Shown here piece by piece: positions 1-26,536 of a DNA stretch of 64,000 nucleotides (positions within the stretch are counted from its first letter, which is position 1; every line of letters starts with the position of its first letter). The stretch comes from Cetorhinus maximus. Taxonomy: Eukaryota. The stretch is from positions 14,260,001 through 14,324,000 of the forward strand of contig NC_135904.1 of the NCBI RefSeq assembly GCF_964194155.1, in the 5' to 3' direction. Below the pieces are notes generated by a model, which saw only the letters and a list, made by a program, of their open reading frames with translations, ran no database searches and was not told the origin of the DNA. The position numbers and the translations under genes were made by a program.

Positions 1-1989
1 CTGAGTTTTCCAGCACTGTTTTTATTTCCGATTTCCAATATAAAATTCTATCTGTTATGAACCTTCTTTATCTTAAAAAACACAGGAAGACTCTTAGAAC
101 CAATGATCCACAAGGATGATTTGAACGTATTCCCAGCCACTTTGACACAATGAATGTGTCAAAGATATTACTCAATGACAATATTCATTGTAACTACTCT
201 TGCTTCTCAACTGCAACCCAATTTGCAGTCACTTTCCACTAACTCTTGCAAGACAGAGGACCTGTCATTTGCTCTTCATGAACTAGATATTCAAGTTTTG
301 CAGAAACAAAATGTAATCAAACTAAATGGAAGAACTAATTGTTACTTTAACCAGAGGATACAGCTGGTATATTTTATACTCATTAAAAATAAACTTAATA
401 AACTTCATAATGTGACAAATGGATAGGGAAAGAGCAGTTAAGGAATAGCTCTATGGGCCAAATGACCTTTTCTTACATAAAAGTTACAGCATAGGAGCAG
501 GCCATTTGGCTGGCATTTATCTCCATGTGAGCAACAGCTGCAATCCTGTGTGCCTATCTGCCCCCCTATCCCTTTACTCCCCTTTCATTCAAGTATCTAT
601 CCAACCCATTCTTAAATGTTGACCCAGTTTCTGCTTAACTCACTAACTCACTCTCGATCATGCATTCCAACCCAAGTAAAATGGTTTCTCCTGCTTACTA
701 GTTTGATACTTATATCTAATAATCCTTGTCACTGTTCTCTAAACCATCTTCAATGCATTATTTTGAGGATATGTAACTGGACGTAATAATTTGAAGACCA
801 TACAATGATATACATGGTCAAAATTTAGTTATGACCATAAGAGTTAAATATAGGGACCAAAACACATGACTTGCAGACAAATATCCTGGTGATACAGGCC
901 AGTCTGATACAGGCTAGTCTGATATGCCTTGTCAATAATGCTTTCACACTGACTGGATTCTTCTAGCAAATGTTCAATAATGTCACTCTTCCTCTTTTCC
1001 CACATTCACTAATGGAGGCCTCTTACTATCTATGTCCCATATTTCATACTCCAAAGTGCATTACATTAACCTTAGATTAAAATTAATCTCCCATTCTTTA
1101 GCTCATCATTTGAATGGGTCCAAATCCCATTTAGTGCCATCAATCTTCCTTAGATTCATCATCTACCACATTACTTCATGTCATCAGCAAATTCTGTATT
1201 AAAAGCATCAGCCACCTCCACACCATTGTAGAAATGACATGCACAATGCCAATTTGTAAAGTTTTCTTACCTGTGCATCACCCAATATATTATTTATCAA
1301 CTTTTAGGAATCACTTTGCAGCTGGAATTGCAATTCTATCTGACACTGTAAGGGTACTCATCACCTCCTTCATTTTACCAGTAATATAGCCTGTCTCACC
1401 TCAGGGGCTGTCTGAATGCTGCCCCCTCTTGCAATTCAATTTCATTAGCGCCTGTCAAACTATCTAATCCCACTCGCATTCCAACTACCAGAAATGCTCT
1501 CCCTTCAGGACCGTTACTTTGCATTTCCATGTCCAGACTGCTCCCATTCCTCTCACAATTTCCAAATCCTGACAATTGCACGGGGAAAAGGCAGGAGAAT
1601 GGGACTGAGTGAGTTCCTCTTGCAGAGTGGCACACACATGACAGGCTGAATGGCCTCCTTCTGTACTGTAACCATTCCATGATTCTATCTATGATTCAAT
1701 TATTGATTGTTCCGATTTCTTTACCATATTCATTATGTGACAGTTCTGGTACCTTTCCAATCCCAATACCTGACACTTCTCATCTCATTCCTAATCCCAT
1801 CCCAATAGTTCATATTTTACTATCAGTTCTGGACTATAAATATTCCCTGATAGATCCCAGCTCTTTCTAAATCTACCACTTCACTGCTCCAATGTCATAC
1901 CCAATTCATCCCTTGCAGCTCACTCACACCTATTCTAACAGCTCCTACTCCCAATCTGAGACCCCATTCCCAGTCCCTGAGACCCCATT

Positions 1990-2770
1990 CCCAGTCCGTG
2001 TCCATATGCAGCAAGACCTGGACAACATTCAGGCTTGGGCTGATGTGGCAAGTACCATTCACACCACACAATGACCATCTCCAACAAGACAGAATCTAAC
2101 CATCCCCAAATCCCCAACATCCTGGGGGTTACCGTTGACCAGAAACTGAACTGGACAAGTCATACAAATGTGGCTGTGACTACAAGAGCAGGTCAGAGAC
2201 TAGGAATTCTGCAGCAATTAACTTGCCTCCTGACTCCCCGAAGCCTGTCCACCATCTACAAGGTACAAGTTAGGAGTGTGATGGAATACTCTCCACTTGC
2301 CTGGATGAGTGCAGCTCCCACAACACTCAAGAAGCTCAACACCATCCAGGACAAAGCAGCCCGCTTGATTGGCACCCCATCCACCACCATCAACACTCAC
2401 TCCGGCCACCACCGACGCAAAGTGGCAGCAGTGTGTGTACCATCTACAAGATGCACTGCAGGAACTCAACAAAGCTCCTTCCAAACCCATGACCACTACC
2501 ATCTAGAAGGACAAGGGCAGCAGATGACGGGAACACCGCCCCTCCAAGCCACACACCATCCTGACTTGGAAATGTGTCGCTGTTCCTTCACTGTCACTGG
2601 GTCAAAATCCTGGAACTCCCTCCCTGACAGCAGGACCTACACCACAGGGGTTGCAGCGGGTCAAGAAGGCAGCCCACCACCACCACCACCTTCTCAAGGG
2701 GCAACGAGGGATGGGCGATAAGTGCTGGTCTTGACGGTGAAGCCCACCTCCTGTGAAAGAATGAAAACAA
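1990..2770 (+). mobile_element. 3' fragment of a CR1/L2-group LINE (family B, apparently the tRNA-headed family), in HACD3 intron 1
   Basis: Translates to RT C-terminal motifs (QQDLDNIQAWAD, ILGVTVDQKLNW, VRSVMEYSPLAW, SKSWNSLP). Its 3' end (caagggcaac.agggatgggc.ataa.tgctgg) is shared with copies at 33375, 36740 and 51440. Confidence 0.85.
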
Positions 2771-2832
2771 ATCGAGTTCCCATTCATTATCCCGCAGTCC
2801 CAATGCCGGAGGCCCCAGCTTCCCGTACCCAC

Positions 2833-2937
2833 CTGCACCCCGCTCAGGTCCACCCTCAGGTACAGTTCCTGGTGTCTCTGCGCCCAGTAAACATGGGGGG
2901 TCAGTGTCTGGCCCGGTGTCCGGTGCTGATTCTCCAT
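2833..2937 (-). CDS. HACD3: HACD3 (PTPLAD1, 3-hydroxyacyl-CoA dehydratase 3), first coding exon; remaining exons lie left of the window
   Basis: MENQHRTPGQTLTPHVYWAQRHQELYLRVDLSGVQ matches the HACD3 N-terminus as I recall it (MENQVLTPHVYWAQRHRELYLRVELSDVQ). It ends at a phase-0 donor CAG|GTGGGT (GT at 2832-2831) and lies in a CpG island. Confidence 0.92.
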
Positions 2938-3215
2938 CTCCCCCCGCCCCCGGGGCTCTCCCGCTGCTGCTGCTGCTGCCGTGTCCGGGGCCTCAGGCTG
3001 GGTTTAAGCCGAGTTCGCTCTGCCGGTCAATGGGGCTCCAGCTCGGGCTCGGCGGCTTTTTGCTAGAACAATCTGCACGGCCGCCGTGCTCGTCACCCAG
3101 GGGGGGCCGGCCCTCGAGCGGCGCGCGCCGCCGCCGCGCCGGGGACGTCAGCCCTGGGCGCGCATGCGCGCCAGCCCGCCTGCCTGCGCAAGGCAACTAG
3201 CGACCAATCCGTTAA
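2938..3215 (-). promoter_or_regulatory. HACD3 5'UTR and CpG-island promoter
   Basis: CpG-rich. Contains a perfect 16-bp palindrome GGCGCGCATGCGCGCC (3157-3172, NRF1 consensus), a CRE-like GACGTCA (3144-3150) and CCAAT (3204-3208). Confidence 0.75.
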
Positions 3216-3223
3216 AAAAAACA

Positions 3224-3380
3224 GCCGGTTACCAACTCTCCAGGACTCCCCCACTGGAGTCTCCCGGAATTAAACATTAATTACCCGGACATCGCTGCCA
3301 GAAATCCCCAGTGTGAAACATTATTGGGCAATTAAACAAAACCATGTGTTTTTTTTTTCCATTGTCTTTTGAACAGTTTA
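3224..3380 (+). mobile_element. Left part of a non-autonomous DNA transposon, related to the copy at 8945-9426
   Basis: Aligns by eye to 8945-9065 (ggttaccaac...ctggagtct...ggaatt...attaat...aaatcc...attggg...aacaaaa..atgtg). Confidence 0.5.
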
Positions 3381-3384
3381 GGGA

Positions 3385-5600
3385 ATAAACAGGCATTTCT
3401 ATTTCTGCAAATGTCAGTCCAAAATTGGGATGTTGCCTCCCTGGTGCCAGGGTCAAGGATGTCACAGGGCGGCTGCAGAGCACCCTGAACGGGGAGGGGT
3501 GAGCGCCCAGCAGTCATGGTCACATTTGTACCAACGACACAGGTAGAAAGAGGGATGTAGCCCTGCGGTCCGAGTTTAGGGAGCTCGGCGGGAAATTAGC
3601 CAGCAGGATCTCAAAAGTAACACTCTCTGGTTTACTCCCGGCACCAGGCGCAAGCGAACATCGAAACAGGAGGATAAAGCAGATGGACACATGGCGGGAA
3701 TGATGGGGCAGGAAGGGAGGGGCATTAGGTTCCTGGGACATTGGGACCAGCTCTTGGGGAGATGAGAGCTGCACAGGCCAGACAGGTTTCACCCTAATAG
3801 AGCCAGGACTGAGTGGGGCGATTTGCTAGTGTTATTGGGGCGGTGGGGGGGGGGGGGGGGGGGGGGTTAAACTAAATTGGCAGGTGTGTGGGAACCAGGA
3901 GGAAATATCAGAGAGGAATACCAAGGCGTACAGAATACTAGGAGAGACAGGTAGCGCTAGAGTAGGAAATAGCAAGTTATTAGATGGGTTCAGAGTAAAG
4001 GAGAAAGTAATAAAGTCTAAATCAGGTTTAATAAGCATGTATGTGAATGCAGGCAGTGTGGTTAATAAGATTGGTGAGTTACAGGTGCAGATTGACGTGT
4101 ACTATGTTGTGGTTTTCAGACCTGGCTCAAAGAACAGCAGGACTGGGTGTTCAGGAAAGTTAAGAAAGGAAAAAAAGCGGAAGAGTGGCAGGATTGATGA
4201 AGGAGAGCATTGCAGTACTGAGGAGAGAAAATCCCAGATGGGACAAGGACAGAATCCATTTGGCTAGAGCTAAGGAACAAAAAAGGTGCAATCGCATTGC
4301 TCGGTGTAGTCTCTGGGCCACCAACTAGTGCATATGATGTAAAGGCACAAATTTGCAAAGAAATTACAGTGAAGTGCAAATATCAACAGGAGAACATTTA
4401 GCGCTCAATGATCATTGTATCATAAAGTTTAAGTTGGCTATGTAAAAGGACAAAGGACACTCTAGAATTAGAATAATTAACTGGGAAAAGCCAACTTCAA
4501 TGGGGTAGAAATGGATCTGGGCTGAATAAATTGGAATCAAAGGTTGGCTGAACAATGGGCTAACTTCAGAGAAGAGATAATTTGGGCGCAGTCGGGGTAT
4601 ATTCCCTCGAAAGGGAAAGATAGGGCAGACCATAGCTCCCTGGATGACAGAAGAGATGGCGATTAAGATGAAGAAGACAATGTGTGCTTATGACAGGTGT
4701 CAGGTGAATAATACAAATGAGAACCAGGCTGAACATAGAAGGTTCAGAGGGGAAGTGATAAAGCAAATAAGAGAAGCAAAGAGGGAGTATGAAAAGAAAC
4801 TGGCAGCTAACAAAAAAAGGAATCCCAAAGTCTTCTATAGGAATATAAATAGGAAGAGGGTGGTAAAAGAAGGAGTAGGGCTGATTAGGGACCAAAAAGA
4901 AGATGAATGCATGGAAGTAGGGGGAATAGCAGGGGTATTAAATTAACAATTTGCATGTTTTTACCAAGGAAGAAGATGCTTCCCAGGCCATGTTGAAAGA
5001 GGAGGTAATTAATACACTAGAAGAGTTTAAAATTGGTAAGGAGGAGGTATTAGATAAGCTGTCTATATTTAAAGTTGATAAGGCACCAGGACCAGATGAA
5101 ATGTATTCAAGGATGTTGAGGGATGTGAGAGTGGAAATTGCATAGGCACTGTCCATAATTTTCCAATAATTTTTAGACTCAGGGGTGGTACCAGGGGACT
5201 AGAGAATTCCAAATGTTACACTCTTGTTCAAAAAATGGTGTAAGGATAAGCCCAGCAACCACAAGACTGTCAATTTAACTTCATTGGTGGGGAAAATTCT
5301 GGAAACAATAATTCAGGACAAAATTAATAATCACATGGACAAATGCAGGTACCAAATCTGTGCTGGCTTTCCTTAATTAAAGGGAAAATTGTGTTTAATT
5401 AACTTGTTTGAGTTTTTTCATGAGGTAAAATAGAGGGTTGATGAGGGCAATGCTGTTGACGTGGTGTACATGGACTTGCAAAAGGCATTTGATACAGTGC
5501 CGCACAACAGACTTGTGAACAAAGTTATGGCTTATAGAATATAGGGGATCCACACGGATACAAAATGGGCTGAGGGGCAGGAAACAGAGAGCAGTAATTA
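3385..5600 (+). mobile_element. Decayed CR1 LINE: ORF1 esterase remnant plus endonuclease and N-terminal RT
   Basis: Fragments CCLPGARVKDV, VMVT/HICTND, LISMYVNAGSVVNKIGEL, NPKVFYRNIN, KAPGPDEMYSRML and VDVVYMDLQKAFDTVPH, broken by many stops and frameshifts. Confidence 0.88.
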
Positions 5601-5604
5601 ATGG

Positions 5605-6028
5605 ATGGAGGGGAGGTGAAGGGAGAGGGGGAGGGGAGGTGAAGGGAGAGGGGGAGGGGGGTGAAGGGAGAGGGGGAGGGGGGTGAAGGGAGAGGGGGAG
5701 GGGGTGAAGGGAGAGGGGGATGAAGGGAGAGGGGGAGGGGGATGAAGGGAGAGGGGGAGGGGGATGAAGGGAGAGGGGGAGGGATGAAGGGAGAGGGGAG
5801 GGGGGTGAAGGGATAGGGGGAGGGGGGTGAAGGGATAGGGGGAGGGGGGTGAAGGGATAGGGGGAGGGGGGTGAAGGGATAGGGGGAGGGGGGGGTGAAG
5901 GGATAGGGGAGGTGGGGTGAAGGGATAGGGGGAGGGGGGTGAAGGGATAGGGGGAGGGGGGTGAAGGGATAGGGGGCTGAAGGGGAGAGGGGGCGAGGAG
6001 AGAGGGGGAGGGGGCGAGGGGGAGGGGG
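5605..6028. repeat. G-rich minisatellite, ~20-24 bp unit (AGGGGGGTGAAGGGATAGGGGG), running into an assembly gap
   Basis: Directly visible tandem units with multiple G3-G7 tracts. Confidence 0.9.
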
Positions 6029-6451
6029 NNNNNNNNNNNNNNNNNNNNNNNNNNNNNNNNNNNNNNNNNNNNNNNNNNNNNNNNNNNNNNNNNNNNNNNN
6101 NNNNNNNNNNNNNNNNNNNNNNNNNNNNNNNNNNNNNNNNNNNNNNNNNNNNNNNNNNNNNNNNNNNNNNNNNNNNNNNNNNNNNNNNNNNNNNNNGGGG
6201 AANNNNNNNNNNNNNNNNNNNNNNNNNNNNNNNNNNNNNNNNNNNNNNNNNNNNNNNNNNNNNNNNNNNNNNNNNNNNNNNNNNNNNNNNNNNNNNNNNN
6301 NNNNNNNNNNNNNNNNNNNNNNNNNNNNNNNNNNNNNNNNNNNNNNNNNNNNNNNNNNNNNNNNNNNNNNNNNNNNNNNNNNNNNNNNNNNNNNNNNNNN
6401 NNNNNNNNNNNNNNNNNNNNNNNNNNNNNNNNNNNNNNNNNNNNNNNNNNN
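6029..6451. other. Assembly gap (N runs 6029-6196 and 6203-6451) covering the BTBD1 proximal promoter
   Basis: N characters in the sequence. Confidence 0.99.
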
Positions 6452-6528
6452 GGGGGATCGGGACTCCGCCCCCGCGCTCCCGCGCTCCCGCCCCCCCCCA
6501 CCCGCGCGCGCCCCCGCGCGATGCTAAG

Positions 6529-22106
<15,578 letters not shown>

Positions 22107-22192
22107 CCTGGCTTGGAGCACCGAAGTTCATCTCGACTGACAGGGAAACAGCTGTTTAACGCCGCGCTTGGTGCTTTCTGTTTCACTGCTTT

Positions 22193-22567
22193 TTTTATTC
22201 CCTTTAGAGATGATGCCTGCCATGGGCGAAGAGCAGTGGGATTAAAGCCAGCGATAATTGATGATTTGAGCCTCCTGAGATTTTCTTCATATGGAGAGAA
22301 GAGAACACATGCCCTTCAGGTTTAGCAGAGAATGTTTAGTGAGAAGGGCCGCAATGGACTGGTAAGCAGCACCAGTTCCAAACTATACAGAATAACTAAT
22401 ATAACCATTACAAGTAACTCGTAAGGTCACCAGCAGGACATAACTTACTTAGGAGAACCTTTGAATGGGTGCCACTTCTTGCAGGAGTTGTGTTTTGTGT
22501 TGGGTTACAAAACTTCTTTTTCGTTGCAGAGTGGGCACTGTTGAGTTCATTACAATATTTAGTACAG
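22193..22567 (+). repeat. Proximal copy of a ~370-bp direct duplication in the BTBD1 3'UTR
   Basis: Near-identical to 23428-23796. Confidence 0.95.
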
Positions 22568-23244
22568 TGATTAAAACATTCGTTGATCCCATCATCTTTG
22601 CAGCACTTGCCATTGGGAGCTGATCACATATAATTTTTAAACCACCTGTTGAGATGGCGTTGGGAATGGCCAAGATGCTTCATGCTATGTGTTCACTCAC
22701 CAAGGACAGCACTTCACTCAACACCAAGCTCCAGATGGGGGATCATTGCCTGGAGAATCTCAATCTGTCTTCCACCACTGCCAGCCTGCTGCTAAAGCCC
22801 CTCCTGGGGTGTGTCAGTGTGCACTGACTTGCCCCATTTTATTGCCCCCTGCTATGGAAGTGCCTTAACCACGTTTATTAACTCACAGCAGGGAACTCGC
22901 TGTGTGTCTGGAGTTTTTGACAAGCCAAGTCCTGTTGCTGGTTGGGACTGGACTGTCAATGCAGGAAATAGCTCCCCACCCAGGTACAAGCAGGTGGCTT
23001 AAAGCTTACTTTTAATAGTTAATGGAGAGCTGGGAAATGGAAGGGTCACCTGAGAGACCCTCACATTTTAATTGGTGCCAGTCTTCAAAGACATTTCTGT
23101 GTGTGGGACTAATCTGCTCAATCAATTTCTTTCTGTCCAATACAACAACATTCTGCCAAAATGTTTATCCCAGACACACTACTCAATTTATTCAAACATC
23201 ATTCTTGGGAAATAATAACTCATTAGTAGGATTTTGAACATTGC

Positions 23245-23960
23245 TGAGTTTTTGAAATGTTAGAAGGAGTTAATAAGTTAGATGGAGAAACTATTCTCTT
23301 TGTGGGGGGAGTTCAGAACAAAGGGGCATAACCTTAGAACTGGAGCTGGGTCTTTGATGGATAAAGTTAGGAAGCATTCTTACACAAAGGGTAATGGAAA
23401 TCTGGAATTCTTTTCCCCCAAAAGCTGTTTTATTCCCTTTAGAGATGATGCCTGCTATAGGTGAAGAGCAGTGGGATTAAAGCCAGCGATAATTGATGAT
23501 TTGAGCCTCCTGAGATTTTCTTCATATGGAGAGAAGAGAACACATGCCTGTCAGGTTTAGCAGAGAATGTTTAGTGAGAAGGGCCGCAATGGACTGGTAA
23601 GCAGCAGCAGTTCCAAACTATACAGAATAACTAATATAACCATTACAAGTAACTAGTAAAGTCACCAGCAGGACATAACTTATATAGGAGAACTTTTGAA
23701 TGGGTGCCACTTCTTGCAGGACTTGTGTTGGGTTACAGAACTTGTGTTTTTCATTGTAGAGTGGGCACTGTTGGGTTCATGCAATATTTAGTGCAGGAGT
23801 CATTTGGAACTCTCAAGACTGAGATTGATTGATTTTCTTTTTATTGGGTAAGGGGATTGAGGGTTCTGGGACAAAGGGTGGTAAATGTTGAGAGAGTGAT
23901 CAGCTATGATCTAATTGAATAGTGGATCAGCGTTGAGGGACTGGATAGTCTTCTGTTTCT
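23245..23960 (+). mobile_element. CR1 3'-end relic split by the duplicated UTR segment
   Basis: MEKLFSLWGEFRTKGHNLR...ctggaattcttttcccccaaaagctgt, then the insert, then gcaggagtcatttggaactctcaagactgagattga...gatcagctatgatctaattgaat. Confidence 0.8.
23428..23796 (+). repeat. Distal copy of the ~370-bp BTBD1 3'UTR duplication
   Basis: Near-identical to 22193-22567. Confidence 0.95.
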
Positions 23961-24925
23961 GCAATTCCGATTCTGAACACAGAAATTAAGGGACTATCTT
24001 TTAACCAACTGCACCATCCAAATTCATTATTGGCTAGGCTTGTGCAATGTCTTCTTTTGTATTTTTAACCAAGATCCCAGTTATCTCCAAATGTTCTCTT
24101 GCTGCAGCTGCATGGAGTATGGAGCTTCCATCATAGTCCACAGTGGTTATATCCACATCCACCGAGCACATAGGCTCAGTACTGAGTGTAAAAAGCTCAT
24201 GGACTAACTGCAATGAGCAGTGACTTCCATTTCCTGCAATTCCTTAACATGAACACTGACCTGTCTGGAATTTATTGTTCACTCTTGGCTACCAAATCTT
24301 AGTTGGACAATTGATTTAGTTGTTGACTTGTCTGCCTAAGTTTCATTGGAAGAAATCCCAAATGATGGAAACAGTTCTCCTTGCGATGTTTCTGGAATGC
24401 AGTCAAATGTGGATCTTGCACCTTGTTAATGACAGATCAGTTGTTTTCATGAGTATCAAAGCAGGGATGGAGAGGAGGTAAATAAAGATGAGCAATTTTA
24501 TCAGTGATGCACCCTGGCTTCTTGTGTCACAGTCATGAGGTTAAAAACCGACTTTAATCACAGCAAGTCTCCTAGGTTGTTTTAAAGCAGTTGCCTGGAG
24601 CAGACCCAATTGGTGGATGGAGTCAAGCCATTCAATTCAATTACAAGTATCCTGCAAGTGTTGTTTGAATATACCTGATTGCCAGCTCTGAGTACCTTTT
24701 TAAATTTTCTTTGTCGTGGTGAAATTGTGAAAGTATATCTCAGCCTGACTTGTTAAACCCACACAACAGCCAACTGCACGTGGTTAGGGAAATTGCAATA
24801 GTTGTAGTTCACATTGAGCAAGCACAATGGTTTGTTGTTCTTTATAACGGGGGTATATTTAAGCTTGTAATTATTGTAAATTTATAACTTGTCATTGTTC
24901 CTCCTTGTTTATCCATTTATTGTTT

Positions 24926-24931
24926 AATAAA
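24926..24931 (+). terminator. Candidate BTBD1 polyadenylation signal
   Basis: AATAAA preceded by TGTA and U-rich elements and followed by GU/U-rich sequence. Alternative AATAAA hexamers at 24481 and ~25469. Confidence 0.55.
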
Positions 24932-26219
24932 TCTGTTTGGCAAGTTGTAGTCCAAACTCCAATTTAGGGAAGTGTTTATTCTATTGCCTTTTGAAGTCCA
25001 CGGTGATTGTGTGATAACCAGACCCCGGACTGGCTACAGATGACCCCGATATTGGGCAGGCTATTGGTGAGGACTTATCTGTGGGGTGAACCAAACTTAC
25101 ACATTTGTGATCCCGCTTCTGCAGAACATGCGATCCTGATTATTCAGGATAAGGCAGAGCCAGTAAATTCAAAGGACCAATCATTCCATCATCTCCATGT
25201 TACTCTTGTTTCCTACCAGCCCATTATAAACCACACTGTGTGCGACTCAGGACTCACACCCCCAACTCTTCCTCTTTGCTTAGTAATCTCCAAATTCTGT
25301 TTATGTATTTTATGAATAATCCTCATGCTGGTCACATGAGCCTATTTACATGTTTCCATTGATAATGCTGCATCATCTGCATAACCTGTTCCCTGCCCTC
25401 AGTGCTATAACCCTGCCCATAGCCTTCTCGTGTGTTCCCTGTCTATTTACTATGCTTTTTCATCAGTGAATAAAGAGAGTTCCTCTATCCTTCAGCCAGA
25501 AGATGGCACCTCCAACCTGTCTAGCACTCCCTCGGTCTAGATTATGTTCTCAAATCCCTGAGACTTGAACGACAAATTTCTGTCTTCGGCATGAGTGCTA
25601 CCTACTGAGCTACTGCTGACACCTTAGAGACTGATTTAGAAATAATAACCAGAGACTTACGCCTGTTTTTTATTAACTCGTAGGTCTAGAATATCAACAC
25701 TCTAAATTAGTCATGTTACCATGAAATAAATAATTTTAAGAATCTTAAACTTGAACAAGCAAATACTAAATGCTTAATTATCATAAGATCACAATAGGAA
25801 GAGGCCATTTGGCCCCTTGAGACTGCTCTGATTGTGGCCTTAGCTCCATTTTCCTGCCTGCACACCATGCTCTGCCTCTGAAATTTTGATGAGTCTCAAA
25901 TCTGACTGACAGGAATGGAAATGGAGTCAAAGTAATTCTTTGTGCACAGAAAGAGGAAACCTTTCAAATCACCACTCAACATCCATTTTTAATATAAAAA
26001 CAGAAAATGCTGGAAATACTCAGCATGACACGCAATCAGAACTGGAAGAATTTGGAGATGTAATAGTTTTAAAAGCATTAACAAAAGCAGGAAAAAATGT
26101 GTGATCAGAAGGGGAATAAAGACCTTTAGCATAGTTGATGAACTGACCGGCTAGAATGAGTGAGAACATCAAAGACACTAAATGGATGAGGTTTAATGTT
26201 GCTCCCCAGCTGGCGGTGA

Positions 26220-26344
26220 GAGGTGCGCATGCGCGGCTGGGCTGTGCACTCTGGGAATTTGGGCCTGGTCCAGTTGCCTGGCGACCGGGCCGCCTAATCA
26301 CCCGGCCCTTAGAGTTCGGGCGCTCCCTGAGCGGCTTGGTCTTC
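26220..26344 (+). promoter_or_regulatory. C15orf40 CpG-island promoter
   Basis: NRF1 site TGCGCATGCGCG (26224-26235); RFX X-box-like GTTGCCTGGCGAC (26273-26285); CpG-rich to ~26570. Confidence 0.7.
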
Positions 26345-26536
26345 ATGCGAAGGATTCGGTTTTGGTGCATTCCACTCACGCTAACGGCTCCCGGTGCCGG
26401 CGCAGGCCCGGGCTTCCAGCAGCTCTCTCCTGCTGGCTGGCCGCTGCTGACTGCTCCCTGCCTGGGCCTAGGGGTGAGGGCAGCCCGCGGCATCAGGGGG
26501 AGAACCATGCCGAAAAACTCAGCAGAAAGCCGAATG
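26345..26536 (+). CDS. C15orf40: C15orf40 coding exon 1 (start codon uncertain: 26345 or 26507)
   Basis: MRRIRFW...[14 protein letters not shown]|gtaacg; MPKN parallels the human MPKK as I recall it; phase 0 matches exon 2. Confidence 0.72.

Noticed and set aside
1260-1452. Minus-strand splice-site-like signals as HACD3 exon 2
   Set aside because: Translations do not resemble the expected HACD3 continuation and hit a stop in the required phase; exon 2 probably lies outside the window.
22205-22285. SECIS- or snoRNA-like motifs (ATGA, TGATGA, CTGA) in the duplicated UTR segment
   Set aside because: BTBD1 has no in-frame UGA, and I could not build a convincing stem by eye.
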